A DNA stretch of 63,341 nt, filler included, from Mitosporidium daphniae (Eukaryota), in the NCBI RefSeq assembly GCF_000760515.2. It is 15 parts of 15 records of this genome, joined end to end, with 100 filler letters (N's around TTAATTAATTAA, not from the genome) between each part and the next. Parts side by side here need not be neighbours in the genome. Positions count along the whole stretch, not along the records: positions 43,974 to 47,853 come from NW_013546596.1; positions 47,954 to 51,814 come from NW_013546595.1; positions 51,915 to 55,700 come from NW_013546594.1; 12 more parts are not named here. The stretch is one strand, 5' to 3'. Below, in pieces: positions 44,123-55,000 of this stretch. The position numbers and the translations under genes are program-made. The stretch's first letter is position 1; each line of letters starts with the position of its first letter. The notes beneath the pieces were generated by a model. It worked only from the letters and a program-made list of their open reading frames with translations. It was not told the origin of the DNA and searched no databases.

Positions 44123-47100
44123 ATGGAAGACGATGATAACATTGAGGCTTCAAATGAGTTTTGCAGTAGCTCACAGCCTTACATTAGTTGGGTTCCATCA
44201 CCACCGTCGAAAAAGATTAAAAAGTACATTTATCAATTACCACCGCTAGTACGCAATCACGCCTTGCATGTTTCTGAATCGGTGACCCCTATGGAGATTT
44301 TGAAGCATCAGGATCCAAAGGATCTTTTTAGTGATGATTATGATGTTAATGTTAATCTTGGTGAGAATCAGACTCACAATGATAATCAGCATGAGAATGA
44401 GAATGAAGACTATTTCGATAATTTAATACTATCTTCGGAGAGTCTATTTTTCAATAGTGAGCTCCAGGAATTCGTTGAAGATGGTTCTAAATATATCACT
44501 GAAGATGACAATGAACTCTTTTTTGCATGTGCAACTCAAATCGAAACGATAAGCAGTTTAGAAGAAGCCATTGGCAAGTTTACTGCCATACAGATAAGTA
44601 TAAAGGAGATTTTTGCACACGATTCGGGCCTCATTGTTTCTGTCCTTTCGATAAAAGGTATCAACTCAGTACTGACTCAACAAATTTGCATCCGAGATAT
44701 TTCAATATACGTCTCCATATCATGGGAAACATTGGAAAGATGCATACCTTGCGTTGAAAAAGGTGACATTAGAGCATTTTTAATTGATAGAATATTCTTT
44801 CAAGTCTTTGTGTTTGCAGAAGAAAAAATGGGTTGTAGACCAATTTATTTCGGTGGGCGAATCTTTTAATTTGGCTCTTGTTTCCTCAACCTACCCTATT
44901 AAGTTTGAGAGTGTTATAAAGGAACTGCTCGTTTTTAATAGGAATTCACATGAGGAAATGATTACCATCAAAACAGGCCTTATTTCGCGCGATATTCACA
45001 TGGTTCCCATTTTCGCACCTCATATCTTAATTACTGGATCAAGTATAGCGGACTCTTTTTTTTGCGAAAGAAGAACTGCAATATCTCTTTCATATCCATT
45101 ATGCGACCCAGAAGGAGAGCTTCCAGAATCAACCGAAAAGATGCAAATAGGAAATTTGTTGCATTTTCTTTTGGAAAAATGCTTAATCAATGCTGATTTC
45201 CAGGCTGCAACAATTTTGAGCTTTATAGAAGACTTTCCCAAAAAGCATGCCATCAATGCTTCGCTAATGTTTCCCCTGAATGATGGTTCCACTCAAAATC
45301 AGCTTGTGTCAATTTTGCAACAGTGGGCTTCTGCGTATTTTCCCTCAGCAAGGGGCATACCTACCTCTTTTGGTGATAGCAACAGTGTCCAAATTGCCAA
45401 GGTCATTGCTGTTGAATTCCCAATCTTCTCGATTTCTTTAGGAATTCAAGGGAAATTGGATGCTCTTGTTTTGACAACGAATGGGAAAATAGCAGCTTTA
45501 GAGATAAAATCCGGGGCTCCTTCGCAACAAAACTCTAGTCATCAGGCACAGCTTTTGCTTTACCATTCTTTGATCTGTTATTTGTCTTTCTTAATGAGAT
45601 CTGACAAGGACATAATTCAGTCCTCATTACTATCCTACATTTCGTTCGATTTTAGGCAAAAAATACCCGAAAATTCCCATTCCCTTGAAGAAGTTGGCTC
45701 ATGTTCTCGGCATCTAGTTTCCCTTCTTTTTAGGAGAAATGAAATTGCATTTGGAATATTAGGAGGAGGCCATTATTCAAAATTGCCTTTTCCTTTTTTA
45801 CAACATTCTTCTTCCTGGAAATGCAATATATGTCCCGTCAAACGAACATGCAACCGATTGAGTAACCTGCAAAACAATGGGGCTCCACTTGCTACCAAAG
45901 ATTTTTTCAATTCTTGGCATCAAGTGTTAACAACGGAACAACAGCAACTCTATCAATCGACTTATGATATTATTTCCACTTTTCCTGACCATTCAGACTG
46001 GCTTGGCATCAAAGCCTTGTCTTTTCTCTCTTTTGCCCCATCCACGCTCCTTTTAGTTTTGACTTTGTGTTCTGGAAAAATCTGTAAAGAGACTCCACCG
46101 ATTAGATTGGGAGACCCTTCTATTCTGATGCTTGACTTGGCTTATTATTTTCCCAATTTAACGTTTCCAGTTTTTGGCTGTTTTGTATTGTTCAAATTGA
46201 GCTCAAGTGGCGGAAAAGTCAAAATCGGTATCAAATTGCCATTTGATCCCTTTTCGGTGTTCATCGAATTTCTTAAAACCACCTCTAAACAGGTCGAAAG
46301 ATTTGATTTTTCTGAACTTAAATATTATATTTGTCGCAATGAAAAGGGCAGTGTTGGCTGGAGATCACAACCCTCATTTCTTTTAGATGCTATTGATTGT
46401 GATGCTGCATATAAACCTATTTTTGAGAATCCAATTATTAAGCCCAAGTCTTCTTGTGCGGAACCTTTTGATTTGTCGCTGTTCAAATGTCCTAGTTTGA
46501 ATAGTACATCAAATAAAAATCAATATTCGGTTCTTGAAAAATATCTTCATCCGAACCAAAGTTTGGCCGTTTCCTGTTGGTTAGATTCCATCAAAAAAAA
46601 TTTTGACCACACACAAAAACCTTTTCAAGAGATTTCCCAAAGAATACATCTAGTTCTTGGAATGCCAGGGTGCGGAAAGACTCGCTCTCTGGTCCTATTT
46701 ATATATCAATTTTTAATGACTTTTCCGGCCCATAGTAACCTGTTAATTACCACGTTTACACATGCTGCCATTGATGCCATTATAGAAAAAATCAATGATT
46801 TATTTCCCAATATTTCCGCCCTCATACATAGACATTCTAATTCAAAAGCGGATCATGGATCTTTGAGTTCGTTAAAGCCGGAGGCTTTAGAAAATGCAGG
46901 CTTATTTGACATCCCTTGCAATCAATTGCCATCAGAGCCTAGCCCAGCTTGCCGCATAGTTTTTTCAACCGTTTTGGGCTTGGCTTCATTTGCGCATTCA
47001 AAGGTCAAATTTTCTGCTGTTGTTGTCGATGAATCATCGCAAATCCTTCTTCCATTGTCCATTTTCCCATTGCGGTATGCGCCTCTCGCTATTCTTATTG

Positions 47101-47840
47101 GTGATCACTGTCAGTTGAGACCCCTATTGAGCCTGAATTCTGGCCAAAATAGCAACAATACGTTCCCATCGTTTTTTGAGGCTGTACTTGAGCTTCCACA
47201 ACATGTACTTCATGGAAGCGACGACGTGAAACTTTCCGTGCTAAAATCGCAATTTAGGATGAACTCCCACCTTTCTTCCATTTGCAACAGCCTATTTTAT
47301 TCCGATCTTATGGAGACACAAGTAAGCCATACGTTTTTGGATGTTTTAAATTGGTCAACAAACGGTACAAGCGCCTGTATGGGCGTTCCGTGGAAGCAAT
47401 CTTTTTCTGCTTTTCATCCAAATACTCTAGAGCGATCTTTAGTTGGCATCGATATTGGCAAGTCAAAAAATACGTCAGCTGAGCTCATCATTTTAAAGAG
47501 CCTATTGATGGTTTATAGTTTTGGTTTGGACCCCGAAAATGACCAACATCAGGTAGCCGTTTTGTCACCATATCATGCTGTTTTGGATAACCTTAGGGAT
47601 TCGTTCTATGCCTTCTGTGATGAATTTAAGTCTCAAAACTACCCTAGCTTGAAAATAAACGCTCTATTTTCAACAATCGATAGCATGCAAGGCAAAGAGT
47701 CGGCTCTTGTAATCTTGTTTTTGGGAAGGGATTCCACCAAGTCTCTAATGAGCGATCCTCGCCGTCTTAATGTAGCTTTATCGAGGGCATCAAAAAAATT
47801 GGTCATAGTGGGGTCTTTTGAAGAAACCCTAAGGTTATAA
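44123..47840 (+). CDS. DNA2: Dna2 nuclease/helicase
   Basis: The two ORFs are joined by a 28-nt intron (44763-44790). FFCERR, GNLLH, GKLDA...LEIKSG, HQAQ..LY and C..C.....C (Fe-S) precede SF1 motifs GMPGCGKT, VVDESSQ, GDHCQL, QFRMN, TIDSMQG and RRLNVALSRA. Confidence 0.95.
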
Positions 47841-47954
47841 AAAACAGCATGATNNNNNNNNNNNNNNNNNNNNNNNNNNNNNNNNNNNNNNNNNNNNTTA
47901 ATTAATTAANNNNNNNNNNNNNNNNNNNNNNNNNNNNNNNNNNNNNNNNNNNNT

Positions 47955-48068
47955 GGACCCATGCATGAAGAAGTCTTACTTGCGTCGAAGAAAGCAGCAT
48001 CTAAGCTTTCCGCCACCATGAAGAAATTTTGCAAGCTTTATAAGGCTGAAATTTCGGCCAAAGAATAA
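47955..48068 (+). CDS. C-terminal end of purine nucleoside phosphorylase
   Basis: GPMHEEVLLASKKAASKLSATMKKF...* contains the PNP C-terminal HEEVL helix. Not in the ORF track. Confidence 0.8.
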   Translation, partial: GPMHEEVLLASKKAASKLSATMKKFCKLYKAEISAKE

Positions 48069-48490
48069 ATGAGGTTCGTTATTCAAAAATGCCACCCCTT
48101 CCTTTTTTACAGTGCCCCATTTCGCTGCCTAGAGTTTTTGCACGTGTATTTTGAATTTTCATGGCATTTTTTCTTTTCCGATTATATTAGAATCTGGATG
48201 TATCTTTATTCGATAATGGTCAGATGGCTGATTTTCGGAAACCATTTTAAAATATCCGCTTCAACTCTCTTTGCTGTGCTAACAGAATCTTAATCTTCGT
48301 TCCGAATATAAATTCGGGTTTCCAGTACCGGATGGTTGTAAAAGATTTAAATACCAAATAATACCAAGAGCGTACCTCCATTTTGGCGGATATTGTTTAC
48401 ATTATTGTGTCCGGCTGTTTTGAAGAGCCGATTAAAGACCAGCCGGTCTTTGAAAGAGAAAAATCGGACTCTTGGACGCGAATCCAAAAA

Positions 48491-50089
48491 TCAGGAGTTC
48501 ATTGCTTTCAGGCGAAAATAATCTGTTCCTTTGCATAGTTGAAGCCGCTCGCAAGTCAGCGAATAAAGGTTTGATGAAAAAGACCAGCATCCAACATTTT
48601 TGGCTCCAAAAATAACATTTGATAACTCCACTTGCGCCATTGGATTGAATGTACATCTCTCAAATATCAAAGACTCTTCAATTTGTTCCGTTGGCAAGGA
48701 TTGTCTTTTTGATGGGATGTTCTCGTCTCCATCATCAGATATACGTTTCTTCGAATAGTCAAGCGAAATCCTTTCGTTGCAAATGGAGCATTCACATGGT
48801 CCGATCCTATTTAGTGCACGAAGCGGTGGTATTGTAATGAGAAGGTCTTCCGGCACGAAATCTTTTGCTCCATCTTCCCTATTTGGTATATTTTTTGCTT
48901 CCACGGATACTTCGGAATATTTAAAAGTGATAGGCGCGTTCGATCCAGAAAATCTCCAGCTGCTCCCAATTTCTTTTCTGAGAAGCGACTGCGAAAATCC
49001 TTCCGCTCTGCCATTATTCCAAACACAAAATAAGTGGGAATGCAGCTCAACTAATCTTCCAAAGGGAATTCTTGCTTCCCTTGGTGCAAAGGCAGAAATA
49101 AACGGGGAAATGGTTGATTGCTTTAAGGCCCAGTTCTTGACTGCAGGATCCTTGGTTCTCAACACCCAAACGGCATTTTTATCATACGGAGAAATATACA
49201 AACAAAACCATGGAAGTAAGTTGAGAAAATCTTTGAATTTTGAAGGTAATTTTTCCCAACGCTCTTTTAAAGAAGATCTCGTGTCTTTCCCGGATGTCAT
49301 TAGCGATCTCATCCCGTGGATATATTTTTTAAAGTTCATCGGTTCATTGTGAATTTGAGCAAATGTTGTTGGGATTTCAGAATATCTTATGGCCAATGCG
49401 CCTTGAAATGTTTCAATCAGCTTACACAAGAACCCCAAAGCTTGCCGCTCACATCCTGAGCTGGGCTTTGGAAATGGAACGGTTCTTATATTTTGAATAA
49501 TTTTTCTTATCTCATCATAAGCGAGTACACCTTCTGTGACCACATTGGGTATTTCTTTGTTCAACGGTATGCCGGCTCTCTCAATCTTTTCAATAACGGG
49601 GATATGATCGCAATTAGATCCTGCCTGATTCATAATGTGAAATTGCCCACCACTTACTAAAGAACCCTCTTTTTCTTTTACAGGCATGCTTCCATTTTTG
49701 ATGATAGAGATGGCTTCTTCTACCGGATGGGCCTCCCTTTTATTTGCAGATGCATGCTCGACGTTTAAGCTTGCCATAGCGGGGTCAGCGGCTAAGCTTT
49801 TCAGATTGGCCATGGGTTTCTTCATATTTTCTGATTCGATGTATTTAGGCATGCTAGTTTGTATAGAGGAAGATTGATTATGAAAATCGGATTTCTTGTA
49901 AGAAAGATGGTCGGATGTACTGCTAGATTTTACTGGCGGCGCATCGGTTCTAGAGTCAGAAGCTTTGCCTAGGCGTGCCATTGCATTTGGATTTATCAAT
50001 TTATTGGTCTTCGATGAGATTATTGGCAGGTCCTCGTCTGAATAGAACTCGCCGTCATTATCGGAGTCAAAATCAGAATAGGACACCAT
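48491..50089 (-). CDS. Uncharacterised 532-aa protein
   Basis: Long ATG-initiated ORF with an acidic, low-complexity N-terminus. No family recognised. Confidence 0.75.
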   Translation of the reverse strand: MVSYSDFDSDNDGEFYSDEDLPIISSKTNKLINPNAMARLGKASDSRTDAPPVKSSSTSDHLSYKKSDFHNQSSSIQTSMPKYIESENMKKPMANLKSLAADPAMASLNVEHASANKREAHPVEEAISIIKNGSMPVKEKEGSLVSGGQFHIMNQAGSNCDHIPVIEKIERAGIPLNKEIPNVVTEGVLAYDEIRKIIQNIRTVPFPKPSSGCERQALGFLCKLIETFQGALAIRYSEIPTTFAQIHNEPMNFKKYIHGMRSLMTSGKDTRSSLKERWEKLPSKFKDFLNLLPWFCLYISPYDKNAVWVLRTKDPAVKNWALKQSTISPFISAFAPREARIPFGRLVELHSHLFCVWNNGRAEGFSQSLLRKEIGSSWRFSGSNAPITFKYSEVSVEAKNIPNREDGAKDFVPEDLLITIPPLRALNRIGPCECSICNERISLDYSKKRISDDGDENIPSKRQSLPTEQIEESLIFERCTFNPMAQVELSNVIFGAKNVGCWSFSSNLYSLTCERLQLCKGTDYFRLKAMNS

Positions 50090-50321
50090 AAAAAAATCAT
50101 TTGGGGATTTTAATTTTAATGGTCACCGGTACGCTGTTGAGCGGCATTGACACCCAAATTCAACAGGTCAAATGGTGTGGTGTGGGGTTGCGTGCATCAT
50201 TTTGATGCAATTTTAAACATAACTTGCTTGCCTGCTTGTAAATGGATCCGCTAAATTTTAAATTACAAAAAGGGCAAATTAAAACACAATTAAAATAGGA
50301 TGCAATTATTTCCGGATTACA

Positions 50322-50648
50322 ATGTCTGTGGACGAAGCAACACTTGCGCGGGGTGCCAAGTTATTTAAGACCCGTTGCGGCCAATGTCATACCATCGAAA
50401 AGGGCGGCTCAAATAAGCTTGGTCCCAATTTATTTGGTCTTTTTGGAAGAAAAAGCGGGGCTGTTGAGGGATACTCGTACACCACTGCAAACAAGGAGAA
50501 GGGTGTCGTTTGGGATGAAAAAACGCTCTTTGACTACCTTGAAGATCCAAAAAAGTACATTCCGGGCACCAAAATGGCATTTGCTGGGCTGAAAAAGCCA
50601 AAGGAGCGGGAAGACATCATTGCGTACATGAAAGCAGCGTCGGCTTGA
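50322..50648 (+). CDS. CYC1: Mitochondrial cytochrome c
   Basis: [14 protein letters not shown] (CxxCH), [13 protein letters not shown] and [17 protein letters not shown]. Confidence 0.98.
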   Translation: MSVDEATLARGAKLFKTRCGQCHTIEKGGSNKLGPNLFGLFGRKSGAVEGYSYTTANKEKGVVWDEKTLFDYLEDPKKYIPGTKMAFAGLKKPKEREDIIAYMKAASA

Positions 50649-50704
50649 TGGGCTGCGAAGCACGCCAAGCAGCAATAAAATTTAATTTTCCTTTTTTTTT
50701 TCCA

Positions 50705-51295
50705 ATGCTGGATTTTGTTGAGGTTAGGGTTCCTATTCGGCTGCACCTCCCTCCAATCTTCTCGTCTAGATTGCAAGTGGGAGTTTTGCAGTATATCCAT
50801 CAACTCTTATTAAAATATAATGCTGAGCTACAAGGTATTCCTGTTGCAATAAACAAGATCTCTGTTCTTGACCCATGTGCGGTCATTAAATATGATAACC
50901 CATACTTCCATCTTTCCGTGATGGCAGATTTGACTCTTTGGAGGATATCCACCCCTAACCAATTGACCTGTGGAGAGATAAACAAAATTTCTGGCGATCA
51001 TGTTGGTCTGATTATGCTCGGCACACTCAATGCCTCAATACCCGCGTCGTCTTTACGATCAGCTTATTTCTACGAGATTTTCAGCAAAAAATGGATTCGA
51101 CTGAACGTCAACGATGAATGTATCGACGGTGAGATGGGCAACATGACTGAAGACCACATTTTGGAGGCCGAAAAAAAGATTTTCAGGCCAAAACAGCTTG
51201 AAATTGGTCAAAAGCTCTCTTTTTACGTCGACGGCATGACATTTATTTCGGAAGACCAGATCTCTTTAACAGGTAAATTAACTCGAGAGTTTTAG
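50705..51295 (+). CDS. RPA43: RNA polymerase I subunit A43
   Basis: LHLPPIF, LLLKYNAELQGIPVA, DNPYFHLSV.AD and GEINKISGDHVGLIMLGTLNASIP. Confidence 0.88.
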   Translation: MLDFVEVRVPIRLHLPPIFSSRLQVGVLQYIHQLLLKYNAELQGIPVAINKISVLDPCAVIKYDNPYFHLSVMADLTLWRISTPNQLTCGEINKISGDHVGLIMLGTLNASIPASSLRSAYFYEIFSKKWIRLNVNDECIDGEMGNMTEDHILEAEKKIFRPKQLEIGQKLSFYVDGMTFISEDQISLTGKLTREF

Positions 51296-51380
51296 AAATA
51301 AACACTCCCCTTCCCATTGTGCTACCTGTAGTTTAAGGGTACCGTCAAGCTGCTTCGTCAAAAAACACAAAATTTTACAA

Positions 51381-51442
51381 TGGATCTAACAGTGCACAAA
51401 CCCGTGGATCTAACAGTGCACAAACCCGTGGATTTAACAGTG
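51381..51442. repeat. 24-nt tandem repeat, about 2.6 copies, between convergent RPA43 and TBP
   Basis: TGGATCTAACAGTGCACAAACCCG x2 plus a partial copy. Confidence 0.9.
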
Positions 51443-51449
51443 TATTGAA

Positions 51450-51801
51450 CTATGGTTTTCGGAACTCTGTCAAGACAGGATAAATGTTCTCAAAAGCTTG
51501 ATAGATTTCCTCACGCAGCTTTGCACCGGTAAGCACTATTTTTCCAGAGACAAATATAAGAAGCACAATCTTTGGCTTGACCATTCGGTAGATAAGACCG
51601 GGAAACAGTTCTGGTTCATACTAAGGGATAAGTTATGAAAATAATTTAAAAAGTCCAAAAATTTCAAAGCAAGTATAGTATGCCTGTGACCAGACCACTT
51701 AACCATACACTTGAATAATGACCATGAGAAAAAGCGAGCCCCTCCAAGCGAATGGGGAACTTGATGTCGCATGAGCCAACGATGTTCTGGATTTTGAAGT
51801 C
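51450..51801 (-). CDS. SPT15: TATA-binding protein, C-terminal part (5'-truncated)
   Basis: [65 protein letters not shown]...[10 protein letters not shown] across an 88-nt intron (51621-51708). Missed by the ORF track. Confidence 0.97.
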
Positions 51802-52015
51802 GGTCAAGCCAAAGNNNNNNNNNNNNNNNNNNNNNNNNNNNNNNNNNNNNNNNNNNNNTTAATTAATTAANNNNNNNNNNNNNNNNNNNNNNNNNNNNNN
51901 NNNNNNNNNNNNNNATTCCACAATGGGAAATGCTTGGTATGCGATTATCACTTGTCGCTTTTAAAAGCTTTAATTTATTCTTTTGGGATGGGAGTTTTCG
52001 ACTGCACTTTTTTGC

Positions 52016-55000
52016 CTACTCCTCTTTTTGCTTAGGGAACATCCTATTTATCAAATTAAAAGAGATTTCGGAAATCATCTCGTATAATTCAGAAGAGGAT
52101 AAATAGGCTAAAAAGAAAATCATACTAAGAATCGCTTCGGAAAAGAAATTTCGGAAAAACATGAAATCAAAAACTATTCTTAATCCAATATTGAACATCA
52201 GGTGAACCGCCAAAAAGACAAAATATATGAATGTAAAGAATTCAAGAAAAAGATTACTCTTCTCTGGCTTTGAAACTCCAAATAGGTCTTTTAGAAACGA
52301 ACCGATCTCAGGTAGGTATTCACATTCATAAAAAAACACCAGGGTAAAAAAAGAAAAAAGAAAATCAGATATAAACATCGAGGGCTTCAAAGTGGTACTC
52401 TCAATAGATTCATAACCGAAAAATTTCTCGACATGTGATATCAAGCGCTTCTCAGCAACGAGCTTAGCAATATACCAAAAACCAAAATAGGAAAACCAAA
52501 AGTTGATTAGACGAGAAATTTTGCATGTGAATTCGGCCAATGTATATTTCGCTACAGGGGCTGCGACATTAACCTCGAGGACTACGGCAAGGGGATTAGG
52601 ATCGGGGGCAGGCGCACTGGGATTTTTGGGCTTGAAGGCCATAATAATAGGACCTAGGGAAACTAGGAAAACTTCAAGGAACCCTCTAAAAAAATGATAG
52701 TCTTTCTCAGGAATTTTTGGCGCATATGCTTGATAGAGTTTTTGAAGCGATATATAATTTTCAAGCCAACAAAAATCCATAGAGAGATAATTGATAACAG
52801 GGATTAAGATATTGCTATAACTGAATGGATTAAACAAACAAAAATAGACAATACATGATAAACCCCACGTCTTAAACATTAAGAAAGACTCATCCCAGAT
52901 GCTAAATGTAATTTGCTTTATAATCTGTAAATACACTTGATCGAATTCTAGAATTAAGTACCGGTATCTCATATATGCCTCAAGTTGAGCTTCGTAATAA
53001 TTTTCTTCTGCTTCTTTTGCTTTTTGTTGAAGATCTGGATTTTCTGGGCTTTCTAAAGCATTTTTCTTTGCGATATCTGCATTTTCTTTGGCTTTATTTG
53101 CAGTATTTTGACAAGATTGTGCATCAAGGTGGGTTTTATATAGTTGAAGTGCTTTTTTCTCTCTTTCTTGGTTGTCGGAGTTTATAAGTTTTGTTAAAGT
53201 GGCACTTAAATTTTTAATGGTGTTTTCATCTTTTTTGTCTTCATCTATATTTTTTATACACCTTTCAATTTCGTTAATTAAGTTATTTAATTTTTGTTGA
53301 GCTTCTTCACTTAGTTTTTTTGCATCACATGCTTTTTTTGTAGCTTCTTCGAATTGTATATATATTTTTTCTTGGGATCTTTTAAATATTAGCAAGAATT
53401 TTCGTCGAGCTTGTTCGTATGCTTTTGATGCTATATATGATACTCTGTTAAGTAGGTTTTTGTAGTTTTGAAATGCTTTATCTGCTTCGCTTTGAGCTTC
53501 TGAAACTTGATCAAGTTTTTCAGATATTAGGTTTGTTAAATCTTCGAAGCTTGGCTTGTCTTTTAGATATTTTAAGCCTTCGATTGGATTACCATTTTTG
53601 AGATCAAATAATTGGTTTAGGAACATCCTTATATTTGGGTCGTCACTTTCTAGGAGCTTTTTAAGGATTAGCATGACTTTCTTTTTGAATTCGTCAGGTT
53701 GGTCAGGTTGATAGTTGTTATTCAATTGGACAACTTGATTGTTTTCTGAGTTTTCAGCTGGTTTTTTTGTTTTGACTGCTTGAGCTGCTTCTTCCTTGGC
53801 TAGTTTTCGATCTTTTTTTTTTTTGACTTGTTCTTGAGTCTCTTCAACATTTGCGGCTTTTGAGGTTTCTGAGGTTTCTGAGGTTTCTTCGAGGAGCGAA
53901 TACATGTTAAAATTTGGGTCTTTTTGAAGCTTTTTTAAGGTTAAAGTTGGTGGTTTCATTTTTTTCATAGTGTCGGCGTTCAAGTATTTTGTTTGTACTG
54001 ATAAGGAGAGGTCTTTTTCTTCTTCGTTTTGCAGAACTGAGTCTTTATGGTCAACTTTTTCGGCCACTTTTTGTGCATCTATGGCTAGTTTTTTTGCTTN
54101 AGCTGCTGCTATAATTTGTCTTTTTTCAGCTTTTTTGCATGCTTTAATTAATTGAGCTTGAACTTTTTTAACTAGTTTGCATGAGTTAATTGCTTGTTTG
54201 TTATCTTTTTTTTTTCGAATCTTTCGAGGCATTTTTACTTTACTTTTTCGATCATTAAGTTCTTGATCTAGATTTTGTGATTTAGTTTCTTGGTTTGCAA
54301 CTTTTAGAACCAATTTTTGTGCATCAGCTGCTAGAGTTTGAGCTTTTTGATCTAGATTTTGTACTGTAGCTTCTAGATTTTGTACTGTAACTTTTTTGTC
54401 TCCAGTCTTTTGAGCTAGTTCTTTTAATTCATTTGCTTCCTCTCCAAGTTTTCGAGCTAGTTCTTTTAATTCATTTGCTTGATTTTCAACTCGTTGAAAT
54501 AGTTTGTCTGTTTCATCTAGTTGTTCTTGTTTTTTTTCCCCATCATGTAATACTTTTGCTAATTGAACTATTGTTTGAGCTTTTTGAACCATTTCTTGTG
54601 CTCCACTTGCCTGATCTTGAACTTGGTCAGCTAGTTTTTGAGCTGCTTCTTCTTCTTCTTTTCTTTTGGCTTCTTTTTTTTTAGCTTCTTCGTCTTCTTT
54701 GTCTTCTTTTCTTTTGGCTTCTTCGTCTGCTTTTATTTTAGCTGCTTCTATTTTAGCTGCTTCTATTTTTTCCGCTTCTATTTTAGCTGCTTCTATTTTT
54801 TCCGCTTCTATTTTAGCTGCTTCTATTTTAGCTGCTTCTATTTTAGCTGCTTCTTCGTCTTCTTCGTCTGCTTTTATTTTTTCCGCTTCTTCGTGTGTTT
54901 TTGAGGTTTTTGGGGGTTCTGGGGTTTTTGAGGTTTTTGAGGTTTTTGGGGGTTCTGGGGTTTCTTTTTTTTCCTCATTTTTCTTAAGCCTATTCCGGAA

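Noticed and set aside
44123..47840. Cas4-like nuclease fused to a helicase as a defence system
   Set aside because: This is the standard architecture of eukaryotic Dna2.
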